A stretch of 64,000 bases of DNA, taken from the NCBI GenBank assembly GCA_045863235.1, contig BTUM01000002.1:64001-128000 (forward strand), written 5' to 3'. How positions within the stretch are numbered: position 1 is the stretch's first letter; every line of letters begins with the position of its first letter. Shown here one piece after another: positions 28,979 to 37,722 of the stretch. The notes under the pieces were generated by a model. That model was not told where the DNA came from, did not search any database, and saw only the letters and a list, made by a program, of their open reading frames with translations. This DNA comes from Candidatus Xenobia bacterium. GTDB lineage: Bacteria > Vulcanimicrobiota > Xenobia > Xenobiales > QWHO01. Position numbers and translations under genes: made by a program.

Positions 28979-29317
28979 TCAGGGCTTTGCGCTGTAGACC
29001 GCCCCGGCCTGCATGCCGGGAGTGATGCCTTCCACCGCGCGACCGTAGACCGCGCCCGCCTGCATTCCCGGCGGGGGCGCGATGACGTTGCTGTTCCAGA
29101 GGGCCGGCTCCCAGACAGGGGCCTGGACCAGAGCGCCGTTCTGGGCATCGGGGCTGAGCTCCACGGCGTCTGCGGTGGGCCGATCCGGATGCCAGAGGCT
29201 CTGGCTGCCTTCGACCCGAGCGCCGGCCTGGCCGAGCAGCGCGCCGTTGCCGACCACGCTCTCGGAGCTGCGGGCGGAGTTGATGGCGGCCAGGCTTTCC
29301 ACGGTTCGGTGACTCAT
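28979..29317 (-). CDS. Hypothetical low-complexity protein with duplicated PGMQAGAVY motif
   Basis: Fills the gap between the amidase gene and ligD. AAGGTG precedes ATG 29317, and the internal repeat is conserved at protein level. Confidence 0.65.
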   Translation of the reverse strand: MSHRTVESLAAINSARSSESVVGNGALLGQAGARVEGSQSLWHPDRPTADAVELSPDAQNGALVQAPVWEPALWNSNVIAPPPGMQAGAVYGRAVEGITPGMQAGAVYSAKP

Positions 29318-29365
29318 CCTGAGCACCTTATCCCTCGCTCGGACGTTTCGACTAGGCAAACGATG

Positions 29366-30697
29366 TTAGCAATTCGTTAACCGTCGACCGACCTCGAAGA
29401 CCAGCTCCTCGTTCCACGGACCCGTGGCCACCTGCACTCCCAGCGGCAAGCCTTCGGGAGAGCGCCCAACAGGCACGCTCATGGCCGGCCAGCCGGTCAG
29501 GTTGAAGAAGGCGGCAAAGCTGATCCAGCCCAGCATGGCCTCGGACCAGGCAGAGGTGCCGTGGAGGCGGGCCGGACCGGGGGCCACCGGGCACAAGACG
29601 ATGGGGAAGCGCTGGGAGAACTCCAGCATCCGCGAGCGCAGGCGGGCCCAGCGATAGCGCAGGTGGCAGTACTCGGGCGAGGTGAGCCGATGCGGGGCGA
29701 TCAGCTGGAAGAACTCGGCCAGCAGACGGTGAGGCTGGTCAGTGCCAAGCTTCTGCAGCAGGCGCCTGAGGGCCATCCCCTCGTCGGCCAGGAAGAGTCC
29801 CTGCAAGAGCTCGGCCGTCTCTTCCACCCCGGGAGGGCGAATCTCGGTGGCCGGCAGGCCCAGGCGCTGGACGGCCCTCTCCAGGGCGGCCCGCGTGGCC
29901 GCGTCGGCGGAGACGATGCCGTTGTCGGCGAACCAGGCCACCTGGGCGCGAGCCGGATCGGGTCGTTCGGGGTTGGCGGGGACGACCTCGGGATCATGCC
30001 CATCCGGCCCCTGGATCAACCCCAGCAACAGCTGCAAATCACCCGGATTGCGCGCCATCGGTCCGATCTGCCACAGCCCGTCGGTCGTCCCGCCGGGGCC
30101 GGGGGTGTGCCCGGTTCGGGCCACTCGACCGGTGGTGGGCTTCATCCCCCAGACCCCGCAGTAGTGGCAGGGCAACCGGATGCTTCCGCCCGTGTCGCTC
30201 CCCAGTCCCAACGGGGTGGCCCCGGCCGCCAGCAAGGCTGCCTCTCCTCCGCTCGAGCCGCCGCAAGTGCGCTCGGGGTCGTGCGGATTCAACGTTCTCC
30301 CGATGAGCGCATTGTCGGTCTCGAGCCCCATGCACAGTTCGGGCACACTGGTCTTGGCCAGCACCACCATGCCGCAGCGGCGCAGGCGGGCCACCACCGA
30401 GGCATCCCGCTGACTGCGACAGCCGCGTCGTCCGGCCGTGCCATAGGTGGTGACCGTCCCCTCCACGTCCAGCGAGTCCTTGACCGTGAAGGGCACTCCC
30501 CAGAGCGCTCCTCCGAATCCGTCAGGATCGAGCTTGCGAGCTTGCTCCATGGTCCATTCCGGATCGCACCACAAGACTGCATTGAAGGATTTGACTGCCT
30601 CGATGCGGGCCAGGAAGGCGCCGGCTACCTCCACCGGCGAGACCTCCTTCAGCCGGATCAGCCGGGCCAGCTCGGTGGCGGGCAGGTCTGTCAGCAC
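29366..30697 (-). CDS. Amidase signature family protein
   Basis: GVPFTVKD, GGSSGGEAA and GSDTGGSIR (Lys-Ser-Ser triad). Confidence 0.93.
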   Translation of the reverse strand: MLTDLPATELARLIRLKEVSPVEVAGAFLARIEAVKSFNAVLWCDPEWTMEQARKLDPDGFGGALWGVPFTVKDSLDVEGTVTTYGTAGRRGCRSQRDASVVARLRRCGMVVLAKTSVPELCMGLETDNALIGRTLNPHDPERTCGGSSGGEAALLAAGATPLGLGSDTGGSIRLPCHYCGVWGMKPTTGRVARTGHTPGPGGTTDGLWQIGPMARNPGDLQLLLGLIQGPDGHDPEVVPANPERPDPARAQVAWFADNGIVSADAATRAALERAVQRLGLPATEIRPPGVEETAELLQGLFLADEGMALRRLLQKLGTDQPHRLLAEFFQLIAPHRLTSPEYCHLRYRWARLRSRMLEFSQRFPIVLCPVAPGPARLHGTSAWSEAMLGWISFAAFFNLTGWPAMSVPVGRSPEGLPLGVQVATGPWNEELVFEVGRRLTNC

Positions 30698-30717
30698 CGC
30701 GACGAAAAGGAGCCAGC

Positions 30718-31293
30718 GTGAGATGGCGTGCGGTTCTGGCCAGCTCCTCGAGCGCGCTGACGCTGCTGGCGGTAGCGGTGTTGGGCACCCACGAGATGGC
30801 CTTCGAGCATTTTTGGGCCGATCCCCTGCGAGCCCATCGCTCGGTCGGCCTCACTGCAGCCATGAGCCTGTTGACCATGCTGGGAGACAATCGCCTGCTG
30901 GCCTTGCTGGTGATGCTGGTCTCGCTGCGCCTGGCGGATCGGTGGGACAAACGGGCCCTGGTGGCCGTCTACCTGCTCAATCTGGTCGGCAATACTTTGC
31001 TGAAAGCCCTCTTTCGGCGAGAACGGCCCGACGTCGCCTTCGATCCGCTGGTGCAGGAGCCGTTCTACAGCTTCCCCTCCGGCCATACCATGGCCGCCGC
31101 CGCCGTCTACGGATTTCTGGCCTCCCTGCTCCTGCGCCACGGCCATCCCCGGCTGGCGGCCCTGACACTGCTTCCCATCCCGCTGGTAGGGATCTCCCGC
31201 GTCTACCTGGGGGCTCACTACCCAACCGACGTGGTGGGAGGCATTCTGGCAGGCATCGTCGTAATCGCGCTGGTCTATTCGACCAGGAAGTGA
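30718..31293 (+). CDS. PAP2 family phosphatase
   Basis: KALFRRERP, SFPSGH and SRVYLGAHYPTD. Confidence 0.92.
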   Translation: MRWRAVLASSSSALTLLAVAVLGTHEMAFEHFWADPLRAHRSVGLTAAMSLLTMLGDNRLLALLVMLVSLRLADRWDKRALVAVYLLNLVGNTLLKALFRRERPDVAFDPLVQEPFYSFPSGHTMAAAAVYGFLASLLLRHGHPRLAALTLLPIPLVGISRVYLGAHYPTDVVGGILAGIVVIALVYSTRK

Positions 31294-31302
31294 GGGGCGG
31301 CC

Positions 31303-32442
31303 ATGGCCATCGTCACAGGTCTCTCGGGCAACGAGATCTACTGCATGCACCTGAAGGGCTACCAGCCGGGGGATCTCGTGATCGGCAACAGCGTCTTCAG
31401 CATGGGCCTCGTAGGCAGCGTGGGCTCGGCGATGCGCACCCTGGCGGGCGGCGAGGTGACCCAGGTCACCAGCGTGATTCGCGACGGGCGCACCATGGCC
31501 CTCGAGCGCATGATGAAGGAGGCCCGCCAGCGAGGAGGGGCCGGTATCACCAGCGTGACCAGCGAGCTGGTGCAGCACTCGGGCATGATCGAGTTCTTGT
31601 CGGTGGGCAGCACCGTTCGCAAGGAAGCCGGCGGCCAGCAGGCCGAGCTCGAGTTCTCCACCTCGGCCGACGGACAGGAGCTCTACTGTCAGCTCGACTG
31701 CGGCTTTCACCCCCTGCGTTTCGTGTTCGGCAACGTGGCTTACTCGGTCGGCATCGGCGGCGGGCTGGCAGGAATGTTCAAGAGCCTGGTGCGGGGCGAG
31801 GTCACCCAGTACTCCGACGTCTTCAACCGGACCCGCCGCCTGGCTCTCGAGCGCATCGCCCACGAGGCCCATGAAGCCGGAGGGAACGCTGTGGTGGGCA
31901 TCCGCACCTCCATCATCAACTTCGCCGGCACCCAGGAGATGATGATGATCGGCACCGCCTCGCGTCACGATCTGCTGCCTCCTCAGTACGACCAGAACCC
32001 GGTCACCAGCGACCTGACCAATGAAGAGATGTGGAATCTGATCCACCTGGGCTACATGCCCATCCAACTGGTGCTCGGAGTATCAGTCTACTCGCTGGGT
32101 CTGGCCGGCGGAATCATGGCCGCCTTCAAGTCCCTGGTCAGGGGAGAGATCTCCGAGCTCACCACCATGATCTACGATGCTCGCGAGAATGCCGTGGCCC
32201 GGGTAGCGCGAGATGCGGCCGCCTGCGGAGCCGACGACGTGGTGGGCTTGAAGACCTACGTCTACCAGCTGGGGGGCGGAATCATCGAGCTGATGGTGCT
32301 GGGCACAGCCGTCAAGAAGATGGAGGGGATCAAGACCCTCAATGACTCGCTACCCCCTCAGGCCATCATCAAGGACAAGGACACCTTCTTCAACGCCTCG
32401 GTGCTGAGCACGGCCAGCAACCTGAACCAGGGCACCGGCTGA
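31303..32442 (+). CDS. Protein with three tandem YbjQ-like (putative heavy-metal-binding) domains
   Basis: Three repeats of G..S.G..G......(S/T)L..GE(V/I)...T......R..A..R. GTA closes repeats 2 and 3. Confidence 0.8.
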   Translation: MAIVTGLSGNEIYCMHLKGYQPGDLVIGNSVFSMGLVGSVGSAMRTLAGGEVTQVTSVIRDGRTMALERMMKEARQRGGAGITSVTSELVQHSGMIEFLSVGSTVRKEAGGQQAELEFSTSADGQELYCQLDCGFHPLRFVFGNVAYSVGIGGGLAGMFKSLVRGEVTQYSDVFNRTRRLALERIAHEAHEAGGNAVVGIRTSIINFAGTQEMMMIGTASRHDLLPPQYDQNPVTSDLTNEEMWNLIHLGYMPIQLVLGVSVYSLGLAGGIMAAFKSLVRGEISELTTMIYDARENAVARVARDAAACGADDVVGLKTYVYQLGGGIIELMVLGTAVKKMEGIKTLNDSLPPQAIIKDKDTFFNASVLSTASNLNQGTG

Positions 32443-33510
32443 TCACTCATACATCCACAGGCAGCCCTGCTTGAGCAAGGCGAGCACACGGCGATAGAGC
32501 TCGTCATGAACCACCTCGAAGCCGCTCACGTCGAGGTTGAGGTCTTGAGCGCTCACCACGGCGATCAGGCCGTTTCGCTCCAGGACGTTGCGCTCGATCG
32601 AGATCACCACCCCGTGGCGCACCCAGTGCAGCTCGGAATGGGACTTGCCGGTCATGGTCAAGATGGCGTGACAGGCCAGCAAGGGCTCTCCTTGAGCCGA
32701 CCAGGGGGTGAGGTGGAGAGGGGGGTCACCTGGCTCGGCTGGAGGATCGGCCAGCAAGCCCTCCATCACCTGGTAGCGCCGCAGTCGGCAACGGCTGCGG
32801 CGAGGAACGGCCAGCAGGCCGGGAGCGGCCTGGGGGGCGACCAGATACCACTCGGCCCGGCCCAAAGGCGCCGGACAGGCGCCCAGATCCCAGTAGCCGG
32901 GTCGGAAGTCGGCGCTTTGCGAGCGCCCGAAGTAGGGACGATTGACCAGGTTGCCGTTGAGCGTGATGGGGATGCCGGCGAAAGCCAACCGACTCACGTC
33001 CAGCCCGGCCAGCGCTCCCGGTCCGAGGTCGATGCGGGTTAATGGCTGCAGGTTGTCCATGGGTTGGGTATCGGCCAGCAACTGGCCGTTCTCGAGCCGA
33101 AAGCGCAACCCCTCGGGAGACCGGCCCGACAACACTTCCAGGCTGCGACCCGTCTCGGCCACGGCGTTGAAGCCCATGGAGAAGCGCCGCAGGTAAGGCT
33201 CGCAGGACTCGAGCGGGTGCATCAGCACCCGGGCCAGGCGATCGGGCTCCACCTCGCTGAGCGGGGTGCCGTCGTGGGTGAGCTGATAGGAGGTTCGAAA
33301 CAGCTTGCGCCTCTGGCGCAGCTCGACCCGGGTGGCTCCTCCCACCACCCCGGACTGGACCAGGCAGAGCATGCTCTGGGAAGGGTCGCTCAGGGCAAAC
33401 CGGGCCAGCTTGTGGCGCGCGCTGAGAAAATCGAGACTGAACTGACCTTGAGAATCCAGGCTGCCTTCCTGGCGCAGACTGGTCAATAGATCCTGCAACT
33501 CGGTTTCCAC
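32443..33510 (-). CDS. Hypothetical protein with degenerate GHKL-ATPase-like N-terminus
   Basis: DSQGQFSLD..ARHKLARFALSDP..CLVQSGVVGGA..HDG..FSMGFNA. Confidence 0.6.
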   Translation of the reverse strand: METELQDLLTSLRQEGSLDSQGQFSLDFLSARHKLARFALSDPSQSMLCLVQSGVVGGATRVELRQRRKLFRTSYQLTHDGTPLSEVEPDRLARVLMHPLESCEPYLRRFSMGFNAVAETGRSLEVLSGRSPEGLRFRLENGQLLADTQPMDNLQPLTRIDLGPGALAGLDVSRLAFAGIPITLNGNLVNRPYFGRSQSADFRPGYWDLGACPAPLGRAEWYLVAPQAAPGLLAVPRRSRCRLRRYQVMEGLLADPPAEPGDPPLHLTPWSAQGEPLLACHAILTMTGKSHSELHWVRHGVVISIERNVLERNGLIAVVSAQDLNLDVSGFEVVHDELYRRVLALLKQGCLWMYE

Positions 33511-33558
33511 CGGCCACAGGTTCGCCGAGGCTCCGGCTTTCCCCGGTCAAACCGAAAC

Positions 33559-33598
33559 AGTTTACAAGAATGTTGCGGGCGTGAACAGTTTGTAAACT
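33559..33598. promoter_or_regulatory. Inverted repeat AGTTTACAA-N22-TTGTAAACT in a divergent intergenic region
   Basis: Perfect 9-bp arms at 33559-33567 and 33590-33598, with a direct repeat AACAGTTT at 33556 and 33584. Confidence 0.5.
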
Positions 33599-33682
33599 TC
33601 CATGCCCCCCCTTGACCACATGGAAGAGGTCCGTGATAAACCCCACAGAAGTTGCGCCTGATAACTGGAGGAGGATTCGAAA

Positions 33683-34723
33683 ATGCCACTGCCCGCAATC
33701 GCTGGAGGACTTCTTATCGGTGGGCTCGTCGCCCTGTTCAGCGGCAAGGACAAGAGCCAGGAATCACAGTACTGTCAACATGCGGGTCAGGGCTCCAACC
33801 ACCTGCTGGGAACCCTGGGCGGTGGAGCTGCCGGCGCGGTGCTCGGCTCGATGGTCTGCCCCGGGCTTGGCACCGTCATCGGCGGCGTGCTCGGCGCGCT
33901 GTTCGGCCGCGAGGTCTCCAAGCAGTTCTCGCAGGACCAGTGCTGCCCGCAGCCTCAGCATGGCAACTATCCTCCTCCCGGCCAGGGCTGCTGGGGTCCC
34001 CAGGTTCCTCAGGGCAACTGGTGCAACCCGGGCTACCCGCAGTACGGTGGACCGCAGTTCGGTGGCTTCCCTCAGACCGGTGGCTACTGCTGCCCACCCC
34101 AGCCCCAGTATTGTCAGCCCCAGCAGTGCTGCCCGCCTCAAAATTGCTGCCCGCCTCAGCAGGGCCAGCAGGATATCAACTGGGGCGGCACGCTCCAGCA
34201 GGACTGCAAGGGCAAGCCGGCCACCTATACCACCAGCGGTGGCTACAACATCACCATGAACGGTGACCGCGTCTCGATCACCGACTGCGAGGGCAACAAG
34301 GTCGAGCATTGGGGCGACCCCCACGAGAACGTCAACGGCAAGCACGTGAAGGACTGGAACGAGAAGACCCGCACCCTGATCCTGGCCGATGGCACCAAGG
34401 TCACCATGAACGCGACCGGCCCTCAGGGGGTTACCGAGAGCACCAGCATCTACGATGGCGCCCAGAACATCCAGTTCAACAACAAGACCAATACCGTCGA
34501 GCACCGCTCCTTCGACCCGTGGGATACGGCCGGCCGCGAGCGCACCCAGGCCGACGGCGAGACCTCCTATATGGGGTACGCCCGCAACGGCGACCTGATC
34601 TACCGCAACATCTACACCCAGAAGGACAATCTCCAGGTGATTCCGAGCTTCCAGGACCTGGCTCGCGTGCACAACGGACAGGTGACCGACCTGTTCGACG
34701 ACCCGCGCCTCGGCCACACCTAA
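33683..34723 (+). CDS. Glycine-zipper, Cys/Pro/Gln-rich protein with DUF1521 (MIIA)-like WGDPH domain
   Basis: Strong GGAGGAGG RBS, GxxxG zipper, four CCP(P)Q units and HWGDPHENVNGK ... TLILADGTKVT. Confidence 0.8.
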   Translation: MPLPAIAGGLLIGGLVALFSGKDKSQESQYCQHAGQGSNHLLGTLGGGAAGAVLGSMVCPGLGTVIGGVLGALFGREVSKQFSQDQCCPQPQHGNYPPPGQGCWGPQVPQGNWCNPGYPQYGGPQFGGFPQTGGYCCPPQPQYCQPQQCCPPQNCCPPQQGQQDINWGGTLQQDCKGKPATYTTSGGYNITMNGDRVSITDCEGNKVEHWGDPHENVNGKHVKDWNEKTRTLILADGTKVTMNATGPQGVTESTSIYDGAQNIQFNNKTNTVEHRSFDPWDTAGRERTQADGETSYMGYARNGDLIYRNIYTQKDNLQVIPSFQDLARVHNGQVTDLFDDPRLGHT

Positions 34724-34743
34724 ACTGGCCCGGGAGCCTGCTC

Positions 34744-34775
34744 GAGCCGCCCCTCGCGGGCGGCTCTTTTGTTTG
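34744..34775 (+). terminator. Rho-independent terminator
   Basis: GAGCCGCCC-ctcgc-GGGCGGCTC followed by TTTTGTTT. Confidence 0.85.
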
Positions 34776-34871
34776 TTCGCCAGGCATGATCAGGCCTACC
34801 CGCTCCCCAACAAAGGAACGAGCCAGGGGCTCTTGAAAGTGAGGGGCAAATTTTTGTTCTTGGGAGTGGTG

Positions 34872-36497
34872 ATGACGCAAGGAACCCAACAAAAGGCACT
34901 GGTCATGCTGGTCTCCGAGGTCATTGAGGGCAAGGCCAATCCGGCCGAGCTCGAGGTGGCGCTGGTCATCGCCAGGCAGGGCCTCGAATCCATGCAAGAG
35001 GAGTGGGAGGAGACCGTTGACAACCTCCCTCCCGAGGCCCAGGAGAAGTGCGAGGATATCATCGAGCAGATCCACACGACTTTCGGCCTGTTCAAGCACG
35101 GGCTCGATCTTCTGGGCGTGGCCGTGGACAATCGCCGGACGGAGGAGCTCTTTCAGGGCGGAGAGCTGGTGCGCCGCTGCTCTCATCAGCTCGACGTGCA
35201 GTTCTCGATGTATCGCAACCTGGCGCTCCTGGCCCAGGGACCGACCGACATTCCCAGCTTGAATCTGCTGATCAGAACCCTGGAGCAAGTCCGCTCCAAC
35301 CAGACCCAGATGCAGACGTTCCTGAGCGTTGTGAACGCCGAGCGTCTGACCACGCTCAAAGCCCTCGACGACCTGGCCGGAGCTCCCGAAGAAGGCGAGT
35401 ACGGGGCCGTGCGACGAGCCTTCGACGACCACCTTCGCTGCATGAACCGGCTGGCCAGGGCCATCGAGGCAAACGACGACTACCTGGTGGACGAGGAGAT
35501 GAAGAAGGCCGAGAAGACCTTCCGCTACCTGCAGGAGTTGATCCCGCTTGCCAGTTTGCGGGCCCGGACCTCCGGTCCCACCAAGTCCCAGCTGGTCAAC
35601 CTGGTCATCCACATGGCCTACGACGTCGCTCAGGGCGCCTGCCACCAGGATCTGCTGGCGGAGCACCTGGAGAGGCTCAAGAAGGACATTCTTCCCCTGG
35701 CCACGGCGGTCAAAGCGGCCGCCCCGGTGGCCTCGGTCATGATGCAGCAGGAGGCGACCCGGGCTGTGGCAGCCCTGAAGGGCTACGAGGAGGCCATCCT
35801 GGGCTTCGAGCAGTTCTTCGAGACCCGCGATGTGCTGCTGCTGCAGGCGGCCTCGAACCGGTTGCGAGAGTCGGCCGACGAGTTGCACGCCTGCTGGGAG
35901 ACGCTGCAGAATCTGGCCGACCGGGAAGGCAAAGTCTGTTGTTTGCGCTGCAACTTCTACAACTCCCCCGATCGGCGCAACTGCGCCAAGTGCGGTGGAG
36001 CACTCCCCATCCTGGTGGAGAAGTCCGTGTCCACCTCGACCTTCTCGGTGGAATCCGAGGGGGTGCGGCCGGCGGCCGAGGAGCCCGTTTCCAGCTCCAA
36101 CCTCGAGCGGATGTACAAAGCGGTCGATGCCATCCGGACCAAGAGCATCTCCAAGGACGAGTTCGAGTCCGAGCTGACCTGGTTCGAGGGACTGATCGAC
36201 CAGCAGGAGAAGTCGGTGGGTCAGGCTCCGGAGACGAACCTGGAGGGTCTTTCCGACGAGGAGCGCGAGGAGGCGGTCAAGCGGGCCGAGCTGGTGCGCG
36301 AAACCGAGCAAGCCTTCCAGGGCGGAATTCAAGACTGGCGGGAGGCCATCCAGGAGTGGCGCAACTACCTCGACACGGGCCAGCGCGAGCTGCGCTTGCT
36401 CGAGCACGGCAAGGAGCTCTGTGACCAGGGAGCCCGCAAGCTGCTGAGCCTGGCTCTGGCTTCTCAGGCCGCTGCCGGCGCAGGAGAATCGAATTGA
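34872..36497 (+). CDS. Hypothetical helical protein with internal zinc ribbon
   Basis: Acidic helical sequence with CLRC ... NCAKCG and coding-like codon usage. Start uncertain. Confidence 0.75.
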   Translation: MTQGTQQKALVMLVSEVIEGKANPAELEVALVIARQGLESMQEEWEETVDNLPPEAQEKCEDIIEQIHTTFGLFKHGLDLLGVAVDNRRTEELFQGGELVRRCSHQLDVQFSMYRNLALLAQGPTDIPSLNLLIRTLEQVRSNQTQMQTFLSVVNAERLTTLKALDDLAGAPEEGEYGAVRRAFDDHLRCMNRLARAIEANDDYLVDEEMKKAEKTFRYLQELIPLASLRARTSGPTKSQLVNLVIHMAYDVAQGACHQDLLAEHLERLKKDILPLATAVKAAAPVASVMMQQEATRAVAALKGYEEAILGFEQFFETRDVLLLQAASNRLRESADELHACWETLQNLADREGKVCCLRCNFYNSPDRRNCAKCGGALPILVEKSVSTSTFSVESEGVRPAAEEPVSSSNLERMYKAVDAIRTKSISKDEFESELTWFEGLIDQQEKSVGQAPETNLEGLSDEEREEAVKRAELVRETEQAFQGGIQDWREAIQEWRNYLDTGQRELRLLEHGKELCDQGARKLLSLALASQAAAGAGESN

Positions 36498-36691
36498 AAC
36501 GCTGGCTGCATCGAGTGCTGACGGTCGTCAACCAGGAGGACCCGGGCTCCTGGCCTTCGGACTTCGAGCTGCAGGCCGCTCTCAATCACGCGGGCGACGA
36601 AGGCTTTGGCATCGACTCGGTGGAGTACCTGCAGTTGAGTGAGGAGACAGTCGGGGTTCAGGTCGTGATGTCTCGGATCGCCAAAAAGTGA
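36494..36691 (+). CDS. Small hypothetical protein
   Basis: GGAG RBS and 4-nt overlaps with both neighbours. Confidence 0.65.
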   Translation: MKRWLHRVLTVVNQEDPGSWPSDFELQAALNHAGDEGFGIDSVEYLQLSEETVGVQVVMSRIAKK

Positions 36692-37722
36692 AGCTACGCC
36701 TGCTCCTTGTCTTTGTCCTGAGTGCTCTTGTCCTGGCCCAGAGCGCTCTGGACGGGATTCTGGTCCAGATGCTGAACGCCAAGAGCGAGCAGTGGGATGT
36801 CATCCTCACCCGCAACAAGGCCGCCCTCAATCGCGAAGAGGTCGTGCCAGCCATCCGCCAGGCAATGCAGCTCGCTGTCAAGGGCCGTGACAAGGAAGCC
36901 GGCGACCTGCTGCGAGCCATCGACCACGCCGACTGGTTCTTGACCGAGAAGAAGGAGTATCGGGCCCTGGGCCAGCTGACGCTGGCCACCTACTATATCC
37001 AGCAGGGCGTCCCGGCCAAAGCGGGCCCGGTGGTCGACTGGCTGATCGAGACCCATCCAGACCTTTCCGACGCCTTCATCTTGCAGGGTCATCTCTATAT
37101 GGAGAGCGATCCCAACAGGGCCATCGCCATGTTCTTGAAAGCCGCCGAGTTGACTCCCACCTCGGAAGGAGCCTACCTGGGCCTTGGCCAGGCCTATTTT
37201 CTGGTGACCCGCAAGGCGGACGCCATCAAGGCCTACAAGAAGGTCCTGGAGCTGAACCCGGATAACCCCACCGCCAAGGACGCCATTCGTTACCTGCAAG
37301 ACCCCAACGCGGGCAAGATCACGGCCGCCACGGCCGCGGCCGGCCAGCACTTCCAGAGGGCCGAGGAGTTGTTCGCCCGGGGCAAGTACCTCGAGGCCAT
37401 CAAGGAGTATGACCTGGCCATCAAGGCCGACGTTCGCTTCTCCAAAGCCTGGGTCTACAAAGGCGATGCCTACCTGCAGCTAGGCCAGCTCGAGCGGGCC
37501 ATCACCTGTTATCGCCAGGCCATCAAGTTCGACGGCCGGGACAAGCAGGCATACCGCTTCCTGGGTGCGGCCCTGGAGCGCAAGTTCGCCGAGCTCTCCA
37601 AGGACCCCAAGGACCTCGAGGAGGCGATCAGCTCTTACCAGAAAGCCCTCGAGCTCGACCCCGAATACGCCTCAGCCCAGCAAGATCTGGCCCGAGCACT
37701 CAAGCTGCGCGATCAAAAGTAG
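36688..37722 (+). CDS. Exported TPR protein
   Basis: Signal peptide and TPRs such as AYLGLGQAY..AIKAYKKVLELNP and AWVYKGDAY. Confidence 0.85.
   Translation: MKLRLLLVFVLSALVLAQSALDGILVQMLNAKSEQWDVILTRNKAALNREEVVPAIRQAMQLAVKGRDKEAGDLLRAIDHADWFLTEKKEYRALGQLTLATYYIQQGVPAKAGPVVDWLIETHPDLSDAFILQGHLYMESDPNRAIAMFLKAAELTPTSEGAYLGLGQAYFLVTRKADAIKAYKKVLELNPDNPTAKDAIRYLQDPNAGKITAATAAAGQHFQRAEELFARGKYLEAIKEYDLAIKADVRFSKAWVYKGDAYLQLGQLERAITCYRQAIKFDGRDKQAYRFLGAALERKFAELSKDPKDLEEAISSYQKALELDPEYASAQQDLARALKLRDQK

Noticed and set aside
33637..33664. TAAA-N15-GCCTGATAA, a possible sigma28 promoter
   Set aside because: It needs an insertion relative to GCCGATAA and is a single instance, too weak to report as a feature.
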